Source: Callorhinchus milii
Lineage: Eukaryota
Length of the DNA stretch: 64,000 nt
NCBI RefSeq assembly: GCF_018977255.1
Contig: NW_024704742.1
Location: 65,474,001 to 65,538,000 of the forward strand
Direction: 5' to 3'
Both the position numbers and the translations under genes were made by a program. Of the stretch, positions 37,401 to 52,400 are shown one piece after another (positions within the stretch are counted from its first letter, which is position 1; each line of letters starts with the position of its first letter). A model generated the notes under the pieces. It ran no database searches and had not been told where the DNA came from. It saw only the letters and a program-made list of their open reading frames with translations.

Positions 37401-40400
37401 GTCACCCATGTCTCCTACTTTAATTTATCCTTTCTCAGGACACAAGCGCTCTGAGTCGCTGCTCTGGGTGAAGGGCGCTACATAATGCAAGTTGTTGTTC
37501 TTTGTGTGCTCTCTTTCACCCTCCATCAGTTTTCTTTTTCTTGTGCAATCTACAGGCTTTTAAAACCCAATGTTGGCATCGCCGTCTCCACTTCTTACAT
37601 GATATGATATGGTTTGCAGTGGTGAAGGAAGGGCATACATAACATAACATAACATGTAGGAGCAGGAGTAGGCCATTCGGCCCTTTGAGCCTGCCCCGCC
37701 ATTCAATCATGGCTGATCTTCTAATCTAACTCCAGCTAATAACCTGACCCTGCCTTATCCCCATCTAGTCAACATATTCCTATACTGAATTCAGGCTCCC
37801 CCCACTCACTTCGTAAAAAGTTCCCGCTGCCATTGATATACTGCATTAAAATCATATGGATAAATATAACTTGGCATTTAAGCCATGTCTTCTGTTTTCC
37901 AATTGGTCCTAATCTGGTGCAGTGGTTCCCGAGACTTTGAGTCACACTGACTTCTGATGGAGAGAACAATTGTTAAACTTAGGGACAAGGGGTCAGTGCA
38001 GATGTTAAGTGAGGTTTTTCATTGTATAATTGAGCTAATGGGATTTACAGAACGTTGATAGAATAAGTTGCTGTTATAGAGTGCTTGGGCAATAGAGAAC
38101 ACATCAGTGCATTGCAGTAAAATAGCCACGAGTTTAAATGTGTGCCAATTATGATATTTCAACACAAAAAAGGGAGTCGGTTTGACATTGTTCAGGTCAG
38201 AAAAATCCTCTGGTATACAATGAACAGTAACCAATGTTATAGACGCACCAAGTTGAAGTGATAAGCAGCATTGCTTGTAGGCAAAGCTGTACAGTTTGCA
38301 AAGGACTGAAGTCATCTTCTATTACATCAAAACTTGCACTTGCTTTGCCCAAGGTGTGCAAGTAGCTCAGTGGTTAGAGCACTTGCCTGGCAAGCGAGAG
38401 ACCTGGGTTTGATTCCCAGCAGGGCAAAACCTTGGGCAGCATTCCTTACTCCATACGCCTGATAATAATCCCTCAAGAAAAAACCCCAAAACATAAACCC
38501 TAACATAATAATAAATTGGTCACTTCAATCCACGACTGTTTGTGGGACACTGTTGTGGGCAATTGGCTGCTGTGTTTCGCCCCCAAATGTACAGTCAATT
38601 CACTTTACAGTATATTCTGTGAAGTGCTTTGAGACATCTCGAAGATATGAAAAGCGCTATATCAAATGTAAGGATGATTATATTATTATAAAGTTGCACT
38701 TGTTTTGCCCAAGGTGTGCAAGTTGCTCCATCTGAACCTGAATATGAATACCTTGTCATGCAGTCATTGACATCAATAAAGCAGTATAGGAGAACATTTA
38801 GGGCAATCCATTACATTCCCAAATACAAGATGAATTGCTTAATTTTAGGTTTTGCATTAACTGATAGTAACCATTAGCAGTCTGCAATACCATTTTAGCA
38901 TGTGCATTTGGAACAAATGCAAAGTAAGTAAATAAAAAGTATGGACTTTTTATGTATTTACACTGCATTTGTTCCAAATTAATTCAAGTATAACCTTTAT
39001 GTCAGGAGTACATGTACTTACTCTGTATTTGTTCCAAATTAATTCACGTAGCACCTTTATGTCATGTCCTGGGCTGGGTGGAAACTGAGGGGGATAGAGA
39101 GGGGAAAGGGGAAAAGACAACCGAAAACTCAGCCAAAAAGGTATGTTTTAAGACTTGGAAAGGAACAAGGGGAGGGAGGGAGCGAGTTGTAGAGACTTCT
39201 TGAATGGAGATCCAGAGCAGGGAAGAAAGGCTGAAATTATCACCGATAATTATTAGTACATTGTCCAAAAATCCAGCCCTCATCGATGTTTCAATCTATT
39301 TCTGGATGTGAGTAATGTCTTCTCCCCATGACTTAAACACTATATTTGAGCCCAAAGCCAGTCTGGCTATCATTGAACCTGCTGCCCCAAAGGCCACTAA
39401 GCACTGAGACATTTGGAAAGTCTGTCTGCACTAGAATCAACAACAATTTGTGCTTATAGAACATCTTTAACTTAGAACATCTCAAAGCACTTTATAGGAA
39501 CAGAATTGGAAGGTGGGAGATGGGGGCTGGGCCGGCTGGAGGTGGTTGAAGGCACAGACATGCAGATTTTTTTTTTAGATGGATTTTGAAACTGGAGATG
39601 AAGGCAGCAAGGCTGAGGGATTTAGGGAGAGATTTCCAGAAAGACAAGAACAAAGAAGCTGAAACCTCACTCAACATTTGTGAGGTAGAAGAATGAAGTA
39701 GGCCTGAGTTAGCAGAGTGGAGGGAATGGGCAGGATTGAGAAGATTGCAGGTAGTATGGGGCAAATGACGTGGAATTATTTGAAGGTAATAGCGAGCATC
39801 TTAAAGTCTGAGAAATAGAAAGCTGGTGGAGGCTGTCGAGGATGTGGCGTGTGGACATGAGTTGCAGTAATCATTCCCTATTTTGAATTTGCATCAAAGG
39901 GAATTCTAACAGAAGCCCATTATTTAGGAATCCTGTTAAGAAGTACTGCAAATTAGACCCTTAAGTCCTTCATGTGGAATGCAATTAACTGTTTTTGACA
40001 GATTTTGCTGAGCATTGATTTCTGTGGAACAGGGATTGAAACTATTGTAGATGGGCTTCCCCAATGGCTCAGTGGCTAAATGTGAAAAAAAATGCAATGA
40101 TCAATATAACACTAAGGCCTTGAGACCAGAAAGTGTTTTGTCTAAAGTAATACCCAATAACTCTTTTTTGGGAGGGGGGGTCAGCTCAGTGACCATCACT
40201 GGGCTTACGAGTATCCAAATCAGACTGGACACACCTGCACATTCTCTCCCAGAAGGACACATCCTGCTTGCCTAATTCCATAGAGTATTAGGGGTCTTTT
40301 TCGACCATCAGCTGTTCTTTCTACCCCACATCCATGCCGTGACCCACTCTGCCTTTCCCCACCTCCACAACATTGCCCGATTCCGTCGCTGGCTCACCTC

Positions 40401-43400
40401 TCAGGCCGTTGAAACCCTTATACATCCCTTTATTACAACCAGGCTCGACTATGCCAATGTCTTGCTTGTCAGCCTTCCCAACTTTTCCTTCCACAAGCTG
40501 CAGATCATCCAGAACTCTGCAGCTTGTATCCTCTCCTGCACCAGGCTCCGTGACCCCGGCCTCACTGGCTCCCCATCCCTTAGAGAATTGTGTTCAAAAT
40601 TCTTGTCCTCACCTTCAAGGCCCTCGATGGCCTTCCCCCTCCTACCTTTCTAACCTGCTAACCGCTTATCAACCTGTCCTCTCCCTCTGCTCAGCAGGCT
40701 CTAGCCTGCTCCATTTCCCCCGCCCGGCCCACCCCCCCATCAGCTTTTGGGCCTTCAGCCTCTTTGCCCTGACCCTCTGGAACTCCATCCCAGATTCCCT
40801 CCCAAGGTGAAAGGTGCTATACAAATGTAACTTTGTCTTGTATTAGGTGCAGGTTGGCAAGAGTTGGCAAGAGTACCCCAGAATACACGTTGGGGTAGTG
40901 CTAGAATTTAACCAGCCAAACTAGCTTACTATTGAAAACACTGTCTGGCAAACTTTCCTGCTGCATCTTGTTAGGTTTATCATATCTGTTTGGCCTTTGG
41001 CCCTTGTTGAAAAAAACCCTGTATACGATGCTGTTTTTTCCAGTGAATTCTCCCCTTTTGTTTACAATGTGTGTATATGGAGAATATTGCACAACAGATA
41101 AAGTTCTTTACTATCCAAAGAGTCTTACACTCTGAAACAATTAGCTGTACAATTGTGTAATTCTGGTGTTGAACTCTATATGCAGTATTGTGTTTCTTAT
41201 TGCTTTTAAGATTTTTAGCAGAAGTTTTTTATTGAATACCATTCACATTGATGTAATGTGATCAAGTGTGCCGAGGGAATGCAAAGTGGAAAGAAAATGT
41301 AATAATCAAAGGATCAAGTGATTTGTGAAGTTATATCTGTTCGCTCAAGAGACGTTTGAAAAGGTTTGGGAACAGTATTCCATCAATGTGCCCTTCTGTC
41401 TCTTGCTGTTCTGTATTCTACTGTGCAAAACATTGCCACTGGAATCTGGATTTGTTTTACTTTCCTGGGTAGATGGAAACTGACAGAGCTGGCTTCTGAC
41501 TATAATGGTGAGCAAGGAAAATGTGTGAACCGGGAATATGATGTGATTCACTGAGCATTTCTGCCAGTGGTACCATTAATAGGATTGGATGCTTTGTCAA
41601 GAGAAATCCAGATGTACAAGTGTTGATGTGCAGTCAATGGGCACCATCACAAATTTAAAAAGTAATGTTATATTAGAACTGATTTGCACTAACAAACATT
41701 GTTTTAAAGGACTTAAACTACCATGAAGATGAATCATCACAATGTTAGAAACTGGTTGCTTGTTATTTTATTGTGACAAAAACGATTGTTATGTTTTCTT
41801 TTCATTCTTTTTCTTCAAAGAAATAAGCCTGTAATAATGCAAAGTATTTTCTCGGTTCTATTGTTCTGAACCTGTCTTTCATTATTAGTTGCCAACACTG
41901 AAGCTTTTTGGACCGTGATTTTTTGTTCATTGGAGGGAATCCTGCGCCAGAAATAATAGTTCACATTAGAAACCGATGGGTTGAAATTTTGTACCAATAG
42001 ACAATGGAACAATTAACTTGAGGACTGTCAATTTGAATGAAGTTTGGATTTAAGCTGTGTGAAAACACAATTAAATTCATTTGTGAATAGAAATTGTACT
42101 CCATATGTCAATCATGTGTAAATACAGTGTAAAACACATATTTTGCACAAGAGAGGGAATCACTGGTACCCTTAATTATGTAACTTTATTGGATGTTAAT
42201 TAAATAATTATTTTTATTTTTTATTATTTTTATTAAGACAATGGATTATCAGTTTGCAGGGCTATGGGGAGAGAGCAGGGGAGTGGGATTGAATTGGATA
42301 GCTCTTTTCAAAGATCCAGGACACACGTGGGGCCGAATGGCCTCCTTCTGTGCTATATTATTCTATGATTCGAAGAGCAGTACAGACAGAGGCTGGTTTG
42401 ATTTTTTTTCTCAACTCAATTTTTATGAGTCTGAAAAACTGGATTTGAACTCGAAAGAAGAAAAAATTATCCATAAAAGATTGGAAGTTCTGTTAAAGAT
42501 GATAGGAAGGAATTGCAGTTCCTGTAGACAGCCACTCAATGGTATGAAAGGTGTATTATTCCTAAGGCTTCTTTGCTAGTTGAAAATGACTGAATAAAAA
42601 TATTCAAGAAGGTTTGAGGTCTCATGATGTTCTTTTGGTTAGTTTCAGGAAACAGAGCTGCTCAGGTTCCGCAGAAAGCTGTCTTCCAGATAAAGAATGC
42701 CCTTGTGTCCAAAACACAGGTAAATCGTCAAGATGGGTCTATAATGCAATATTCAAAATAATGATGTGCAAGTAGAGACTTATGATTGCAAAGTATTTGA
42801 ATGAAATATCCCTGGCAACGCAGTGGGCTGATTACCAGACTTGAGGCAACAATGATTTGGGTATGAATCCAGATAGATCCACTCATCTTATCAAATAAAT
42901 TTAAAAAAACTTAGGTTTATAATACTTATTTATAATGTAATACATCAGCGTATTTTATAATCTCATTGACTTTTTACAGGATGATAGTACTACACTTTTT
43001 TTTAATGAGTGATGAGTGAAACAACAGTGGAGAAACATTTGTCAGCTGTGATATTAATCCAATATAATTTATACTTATATATAGCACCTTTCATGTCGGG
43101 AGGATGTCCCAAAGCGCTTGATAATTCTGTCTGGGCACCGGAGCTGAGGCTGGGAGCTGAGGAAGCGGAAAGATGACTGAGGTGCAATCAAAGAGACATG
43201 TTTTGAGAAGTACCTTGAAAGAGGGGAGGTAGAGAGCAAATCAGAGGGTCCCAGGGAATGAGTTATAGAGATTGGTGCCAAGTGGCTGAAAGCCTGCTGG
43301 CTGTTTTGGGGATATGGGGTGGATAGAGCGGGGGATGTGGAGTAGGCCAGTGTCAGCTGAGTGAAGGGAATGGCTGGGTTGGTAAGCATAAAGGAGGTTG

Positions 43401-46400
43401 CAGCAACAGGATTTGAGTCACCATGGAGGGATTTCATTGCAAAAAAGCATTTGACTCTGAGTACAAGCGACACTGAGGCGAATGTTATTTAAAACATTTT
43501 TTTTTTGACATTCCTCATCCACTTTGCCACCTTTCATATGATATATGTTCTAATTAAAATTAAAGTTAAGCCTTGGGATGGCCTTCCGACGTGAAAGGTG
43601 TAATATAAATGTAATTTTGTTGTTGTTAAGGAAGAAATTTCACAGAGTTTGTGCAGTTGGACTTTTCTGTTGCATACTTATTATTGTACAAAAGAGCCAA
43701 TTGCAAACTTTAAAAAAAAATCATCTTTTTAGGAGAATGATTCTTATCCATGGTTGGCTAGCAATTCTACCCAATACACTGCAGACAGTATGGTGCCCGG
43801 TGGTAAGGAGGCCTCAAAAACAAACACCTCATTTTGGGTAAGACACGGCACAAAGGATTGTACTTCGCTTTGTTGGGATGAATCTGGTTCTGTGCAGAAC
43901 GATCAGCATCTAGAGCAGCAGTCCAACATGGCTGTTCCACACCCGCTTTCCGTAGCCCAACCTAAAAAATTATTAACATCAGACGAACGTTTGAATTCAC
44001 TCCAGGACAAGAATGCTAAGTGTCTCAAAAGAAAGCTGGGAGTGCGGGGACAACACGGAGCAAGGCCGAGCAAGGCAGCCTCCCTGAAACTCCCCGCAGA
44101 TGATAGTACATGCAAGAACGATGGTTGTCAGGATGACTCTGGCGCAGAAAGAATGGATTCCGGAAAGTTAAGAGCAAGGGCGCAGATCTGTGATGTCTGT
44201 ACTCTAGACACTAAACAAAGGTCTAAAGTGCTGGAGGAGGTAGAGCGTGCATCTTTTATAATTCTAACTATGGTATATCAAGATGGATCGTCTCAACTTA
44301 CTGCAGTAAAGGTGGGTGCAAATGTTGAGTTGTAGTTTTGCATAGATTTCTTAAAAGCATATATTTACATATTGAAATAAGGGGGAGGGGTGCTTGAATA
44401 CCATTTCTATTAAGAGTAGAATTTGTTTTGAACATTTGGTAGAAAAATCTAACAGAAGGTGTTCACAATTATCAGGGGTTTGATAGAGTAAATAAGGAGA
44501 AACTGTTTCTACTGGCAGGTGGGTTGGTAAACAGAGGACACAGAATTAAGATAATTGGCAAAAGAACCAGAGGAGAGATGAGGAGAAATGTTTTTATGCA
44601 GCAAGTTATTACGATCTGGAATGCACTGCCTGAAAGGGTGATGGAAGCAGATTCAACAATAACTTTCAAAAGGGACCTGAATTTGAAAATGAAAAATGTG
44701 CAAGGCTATGGGGAAAGAGTGGGGAAGTGGGACTAATTTGATAGCTCTTTCAAAGAGGCACAGGCGCGAAGTGCCGAATGGCCTCCCTCTGTGCTGCAAG
44801 ATTCGCTGAACTTGCATGGCTAGTTATTTTGTATTCTGTTTTGTACATGTAAATTCTGCATCCCAGGCCTTTGCTGTCCTAAATATTCGTCAGTTTCCAA
44901 CCACAAGACTAATTTGCTTGTAAGAACAACCAAATTATGAAAGCTAATATAGATTTTTCCCCTTCCCCCAATCTAATGAAGGTTACCTAATATATTTAGG
45001 TAGAATTACTCACCTAGTTTGTGTGACCAATGACCAGAAAAAAAAAAATTTGGTCAGTCAATCCACTACTGTTTGTGGGACGCTGCTATGCGCAATTGGC
45101 TACTGCGTTTCACCCACAAAATATACAGTCAATTCAGTTTACAGTATATTCAGTGAAGCGCTTTGAGATGTCTTGAAAATGTGTTACGGTGCTATATCAA
45201 ATGCGAGGATTATGATTCTATTCTAAGGTAATAAATATACCCTTAAGTTTATAACTTTATTATGATGCGTCTTCCACAGGAATCCATCTCTTCAGTGGTT
45301 AGTAGTATCCTTGCGCTGCTAATGAATCAGTCAGGTGGCTCATCCTCTCTCACATATTCTGAAGGCACAGCTTCAGATGATGCCCTCCTTGAACCACACC
45401 AAGGTGGCAAGTACTTTCACCTAAAACTGGAACAAAGTCCAACCTGGTTGAAACAAGATCCCAATGACAGGGAGTTTGTCAGGTGAGAGCTGGAATGCAT
45501 TTATGGTGCAAACAATTCATGTTTGTGTTCTCAACTATGAAATAGTTTATATTTAGGTTTTATCTGGAGCTTTAGAATTAAAATGATCTTGGAAGTAATT
45601 TGCCTTTATCCAAGTGACATTTCCTTTATCCAATTGACATGAAACGTCCAACCTGCTACAGCAAGTTTAAAATTAGTTGCTGTTTCTGGGTAAAAGTCAA
45701 ATGAATCCCTTTTTGCACCAAAGTCGGCACGTTTTATAAAAAGGATATAATTTAAACTTTTCTTACTATCTTGAAGATTGGAAGGTGTTTAAAAGGTTGC
45801 ATATTAACTTTATGTATTTATTTTTATATAGTTTTACTTTGGATTGTTTTCACTTTGCCAGAATGTACCATAGGCCTATTTTGAGAGCTGTTAATACTGA
45901 ATCCAGATTCAGCAACTTATTTTAATTCCCAATCGCAGTATTTCATTTTCTTTTAAAATTTAAGGCAGCGCAGAATTTGGAAAATTCTCATGTTCAGTCT
46001 TAATTTGGAAACCAGATCTTTTTAAGAAGTACTGAAACTCAACAGAATTTTCCACTATTCTGTGCAATCTTGTACTTCAAAACAAAATGTTGTGATAGGC
46101 TAAGACTAGGTGGATTCCTTTGGATGATGTTCTGTTATGTTAGGTTATATTCATGGTCTGATCAAACATTCCCTTTGCCTATTTTAGTCTTGGAAATAGG
46201 TTTTAAGGTGTGATTCAGTGACTGCCCCAAAGGGATCAAAGGGAAGCAAAGGGATCAAAGTTGTATGTATGTGTGTGTGTTGATGGGGTGGTATAGCTGT
46301 TGCTGACTGGAGCATTGCAAAGAACAGTCCTCTGATGTAATGTTTATGATCAGTTATGTTTGTGGAAATTGAATATTGAATTTTTCACTCATTTGTTATT

Positions 46401-49400
46401 TTGATTTCTAGAGAAAGACTGTACAATTATCCTGCGGTGCACATTATAAAATCCCTGTAATGTTTCAATAAATGATGCTGAAGAATGAGCTTTCTTATAC
46501 ATTTTGCCCCGTTTTAAGCAATTTATTTTCTAAAAATTGTCCAGATATTGGTCTTTTGAAGGCATTACTTGCACTGAATCACACTTGAAACATGGAGATG
46601 GTTGTTGCATTGTCTTAAGAAAAGAGCTCTATTTGTGTTCAACTGTAGATTGAGCTATACTTAAGGCTTAGCAACTGAATATGTGGAATATTTCTCTCGC
46701 TCACTGAACTATCTCTTCCATATGAGGTGTTTCATAACATTCTTTTCTGTAGAGGTGTCAGATGCTTCTTGTGCATCAGTTGTTTTGAAATTTGTGGATT
46801 TGCATAGTTACTGGTGGTCGGAAACTCTCCCCTCCCCACCCCATGGGTTTGATTTGAAGGCTTGGAAGCAATTTTATATTTTATCGCTGCTTCATAAGGT
46901 ACCAATATAATTCGGTCAGTGACCTTTTATATAGTATGTTCAAATGCTGTTCTCCGCAATTACGATAGCTCTCAACACCCAGTTCAGGGGGAGGGGAGAA
47001 CTCCAGGAGGGGGAGGGAATATTCTGAATGGGAATAAAAAATGTCAGCTTTTCATAATATGTTTAACATGATAATTACTATGTAATATCGCACATTTCAC
47101 CCGAATAGCTTGCATGGCAGAATTATTCTTTCTTTGCAATAGCTTCCAAACCAAATGGCATTTGAAATATTAATATAAACTGCTCCTCGTATTCATTAAT
47201 TGCTCAGCAACTGGAAGGTGTTGATGTCTGATTTTCTGGTTCAGAGTTCTGCTGCTTCATATCCTGAGTCGCAAAGGTTGCATTGTTTGCTTCAAAGCCA
47301 AGGATCTGCTGCGGACTGTACTTCACTACTGCACAGACAGCGTTAGCTTGAAGCAAGGTATAATCAATCATTATGTAACCTCATTAATTACTTATATTGC
47401 ATTAATCTAAGCACCGGCTTTAGAGCTAACTGGAGAGCTTTCTCGGATAGGAGGAACTAAGACAAGAAGAATCATCTGCTGATGCCCAGATGGATAGATA
47501 AGATGTTGGCATAAAGTGAAGTACTGCGAAAAGTGTGAATTCTCCCTGACCCCATTTCATGATTTTTCAGTTCAGGCTAAGAGCTGGAGCAAATCACGAG
47601 CATTCCTTGCGTCATAATACTTTGGTAAGGTTTAAACATACCATCCAGAACTCAGTCCGTATCCTCTCCCACACCAGGCTTCACTAGCCTATCAATCCCA
47701 TCCTCATTCGCTCAGGTCTACTGTTGGAACTGTCACTTTCTCTGCAACATTATCTGCAACACTGAATTCCAACAGTTGAAATGTATTTATGCACAAGAAA
47801 GGATGATCAAGCATTCTGCATGCATTACAAAAAGATTAACATAATCTTCATTTGTTCTGCATAGATACTGTAAGTTTTCTCACTGACCCCTCTTCTGCTC
47901 TCACCCTCCTCCACAACACCCTCTCCTCCACACTTGACACTCTTGCCCCCATCACCCCCTGTACTGTCTCCTACTCTCGCTCCTCCCCCTGTTTCACCAC
48001 CCACCTCCGCTCACTGAAGAGCCAGGTGTGGGCCGCTGAATGCACCTGGGTCAAATCTGGCCTAACAGTCCACTGACAAATCTGGCTGGACCTCCTCAAA
48101 ATCTACCGCTCCATTCTAGCTTTGGCCAAATCGTCCTTCTACTCCAGGATAATCCTGGAGGCGAAGAACAACCACATCCCGACTCCTCCGTCCCCCCCGC
48201 CACCCCGCGCAGGTCATCTCCTCCAACCTTCACTGCGAGGAGATGCTGGGTTTCCTTGAATCCCAAATCAAGGGAATTCGCTCCGTGGTCACTTACCCTC
48301 CAACATCCACCCACCCCCCACCCGTTCCCTCCCACACTCCGACTCCTACCCATCCTCCCCTACACACTTTCGTACCCGTTTCCCCACCCTCTGTCACTGA
48401 ACTCATCCTATCCCTGAAACCCACCACCTGCTCCCTTGACCCCATCCCCACTCCACTCCTTATCTCCCAGCTCCACCTCCTTGCCCCACATATCACAGAC
48501 ATCGTCAACCTGTCCCTCTCCTCTGGCTCTGTTCCCATTCCCTTAAAAACTGCCACCATCACTCCCACCTTGAAAAAACCCTCCCTTGATGCGTCGCAGC
48601 TATCAAGCTACCGGCCCATCTCCAACCTCCCCTTCCTGTCCAAGGTCCTGGAACGAGTTGTCGCCTCCCAACTGCGCTCTTTCCTCTCCAACCATTCATT
48701 ATTCGAACCCCTTCAGTCGGGTTTCCGTGCTGCCCATAGCACAGAAACTGCCCTGGTCAAGGTCACCAATGACATCCTGACCATCTGTGACCAGGGCTCC
48801 CTCTGCCTCCTCGTCCTCCTCGACCTATCGGCAGCATTCGATACGGTCGACCACGCTATCCTCCTCCACCGCTTGTCCTCCCACCTAAACCTTCAAGGCC
48901 CTGTCCTTGAGTGGTTTAGGTCGTACCTCTCCCACCGTCTTCACTTTGTCTCCACGAATGGTTTTTCCTCCGGCCCCCGCACTGTCTTGTGCGGTGTCCC
49001 TCAAGGCTCTGTCCTCGGTCCCCTCCTCTTCACCCTCTATATGCTCCCCCTTGGTGACATCATCCGCAGACATGGGGTTAACTTCCACATGTATGCGGAT
49101 GACACCCAACTCTACCTTTCCTCCTCTACCCTCAACTCCACGACCACCGATGTCCTGACAGCCTGCCTGTCCGACATCGAGTCCTGGACGAGAGACAACT
49201 TTCTTCAGCTCAACGTGCGCAAAACCGAGGCCCTCCTGATTGGCTCACGTCAGCGCCTCCGCACCTCAGGCGCTGACACCATCAGCATCCAAGGCTGCAC
49301 TCTCCACCTCTCAAAGCCAGTCAGGAACCTCGGCGTTTTGTTCGACCCTGAGCTGTCCTTTCTCCCTCATATCCGCACCACAACTGGCACCGCCTTCCAT

Positions 49401-52400
49401 CACCTCCGGAATATCGCCAGACTACGTACGGTACTGCCTCACCCCTCACGCTGCTGAAACTCTGGTCCACGCCTTTATTACCTCAAGGCTGGACTATGGG
49501 AACTCTCTCCTCGCCGGCCTTCCCGCCACCTCCCTCCACAAGCTGCAGGTCATTCAGAACTCTGCAGCTCGTGTACTGTCCCGCACCAGGACCACATCAC
49601 TCCCACCCTCGCTCGCCTCCACTGGCTCCCCATCCCCCAGAGGATCGAATTCAAGATCCTCATCCTCACCTACAAGGCCATTCACGGCCTTGCTCCCTCC
49701 TACCTCTCCGACCTACTATCCCCCTACCTACCTGCCCGTACCCTCCGTTCCTCTGGCTCCTGTCTGCTCCACATCCCCCGCCCCAACCGCCCTACCATCG
49801 GTGGTCGGGCCTTCAGCCTCTCAGCCCCGAGGCTCTGGAACTCTATTCCCAGTGCCTTCGCTTTGCCTCCTCCCTTTCCTCCTTCAAGGCCGATCTCAAG
49901 ACCTTTCTTTTTGACCGTACCTTCAGCTCCTCTCTCAACTCTCTACCCCCTCCTCGCTCCCTCCCTTCCCTCCCCTCACCCTGACCATTTCCCCCAATGC
50001 TCGGGTCCTGACCCAACTGTACAGCGCCTTGGGACGTCCTCCCGACGTGAAAGGCGCTCTATAAATGGAATCTTGTTGTTGTTGTTGTTGTTGTTTTAAG
50101 GGGCTGAATAAAATTTCACCGAAAGGTCTTAGATACATGTATTTATTGTAGCCAGTGAATGGGAAATACTAGACCCAAGGATTGCAGCCTGGCTTCTGGA
50201 CCCCAATGACACAGCTTCCTGCTTCGAGACTCTGATTCCTAAATACTGTGGGAGATCTTCATTATTGGAGACGACTGGTTCGACAGCTGATTCGTTTGGA
50301 CACCCGAAGGTCAGTCTTCATGCTGCTGACTTTGTTTGGTAAACAGTTACAATTCTTATAAACTCTCATCTCATTTGTTTTTTCATTAACTCTAATGTTT
50401 AGCTATACACAGAAGAATGTGCACTTATTACTTTTTTCAGTTTTTCTTGAGTCACACTGCAGTTTAAAATACATTATTTTCGTGGTGTACAATCATTCAT
50501 GATGCAGTGTGATCTTAAACAAAATCTTGTGCTCATTAAGGATGGATTTGTAAAGGGCAGGACATGCTTAACTAATTTAATCGACTGAGAAAATCACAGT
50601 GTGTATAGTTAAAGGCAATTTAGTTGATGTTTATATGGATTTTCAGAAGTCTCTTTTGATATAAGAACATTATGAGAAAGTTAAAGCACATGGCAGTAAA
50701 GGGAAATTTGTGGCATGGTTAATGGAATGATCTCAAGAGGGAAAGCAGAATGTAGGGTAAATAGCTGTTTCTTGGATAGGCTGAGCGTAGGCAGTTGTTT
50801 CACTACATCCAGGGAAATGTTCAGGCACCTCTATTGGTTTTCCTGCACAGCCGGCTATGTCAAAAACAATGATACCAAAATCGAGTCTTCTGCAGCACCA
50901 ATCCACCGTCCAATATTAAAAGGAGTTCCATGTAGAGACTCACTAAAGTAAACTGAAGTTACAGATTGATGGGGAAATGATGGGCAAGTTTTCTTACTCC
51001 ACATGCCTCTGTTTACCTAGCAGTAAGTAGGAACCTGGTTGTTAGTGGATTGGCGGATCGCTTTTCGGGAGTACTAATCCCTTTAAAAAATAAATTGGTT
51101 ATTTCAATCCGCGACTGTTTGTGGGACACTGCTGTGCGCGATTGGCTGGCGGGTTTCACCCACAAAATATACAGTCAATTCACTTTACAATATATTCTGT
51201 GAAGCACTTTGATTCGTCTCGAAGATGTGATAAGGTGCTATATCAAATGCAAGGATTATTATTATTATTATTATCAGACAAAATAGAAACATTCAGCACA
51301 TATGAACATTTCATTTAGAAAGGGGATAAAGAGAACCATTTCTAAATCTTTGTGTGCTATCAAATTAGATGTATTACCAAACTGTGAGGAAAGATACAGG
51401 AAACTACTGGCAGACAGACTCCTCAGTGGAGTGGGCAGATTGGTCGCAAAGCGGATTAATGTTGAGAAATGAAAAATAGTTCAGGTTGGAAAAAATAACA
51501 AGGAAATATACCCTAAATTGTATATCAACAATGTTGAGAAACAAGAGGGATCTAGGGCTGGTTGCAGATGTTGAAGTAATACAATTAATACACAGATCTT
51601 TCAAGGTGAGAGCGAAGGTTGAAAAGGCCATAAAAAAGCAATTGGATTGTGGGTTTTTTATATATAGCAGCATTGATACCAAAGCAAGAAAGTGATGTTT
51701 AAGATAGTCAGTGTCACATTGATTATGCTGTAATTGGCAATGATGGATCCAGTTCCTTTATAGAAAGGACATCAAAGCCCTGGAAAGGGCCCAGAATAGA
51801 TTTGTAGAGTTAATACTAAGAATGAGGGGTTATAGTTATGAGGATTGGCTCCAAAAATTAGATTTTTCATTACAATAGAAAAAAGTGAAACTCAAGCTTG
51901 CCACTGGAATAGTTAAAGGTGGGGGTGTGTGGGGGGACTAAAATAAACTATTTAGGTTATTCATGCTATTTAGGTTATTAAAGTGGAGTCCTGTAGCTCA
52001 GTGGTTAGAGCACTCGCTTTGCAAGCGAGAGACCCGAGTTCAATTCCAGTCAGGGCGAAACCTTGGGCAAGTTTCCTTACTGCACACAGAGCCTAATAAT
52101 AATCCCTCCAAAACCAAAAACAATAATAAATCGGTCATTTTCAATCTACGACTGTTTGTGGGACATTGCTGTGCGCAATTGGCTGCCGCGTTCGCCCACA
52201 AATATACAGTCAATTCACTTTACAGTATATTCTGTGAAGCGCTTTGGGACGTCCTCCCGACGTGAAAAGCGCTATATCAAATGCAAGGATTATTATTATT
52301 ATTATTATTAAATCATGATATGCAAGTGGCTATTGAGACTGAAATCATAACATCACTTAAAAGGGAATTGAAGAGGAAGAATATAAGAAGTGTGGTGAAA

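Noticed and set aside
48243..49457. RT ORF as a domesticated or retron-like gene
   Set aside because: Ordinary 5'-truncated L2 copy with a frameshift, no endonuclease domain and a standard 3' tail.
51984..52056. tRNA-Ala(TGC)-like genes (also 5884-5956, 28626, 61344)
   Set aside because: These are SINE heads: no proper acceptor stem, and always followed by the SINE body and tail.
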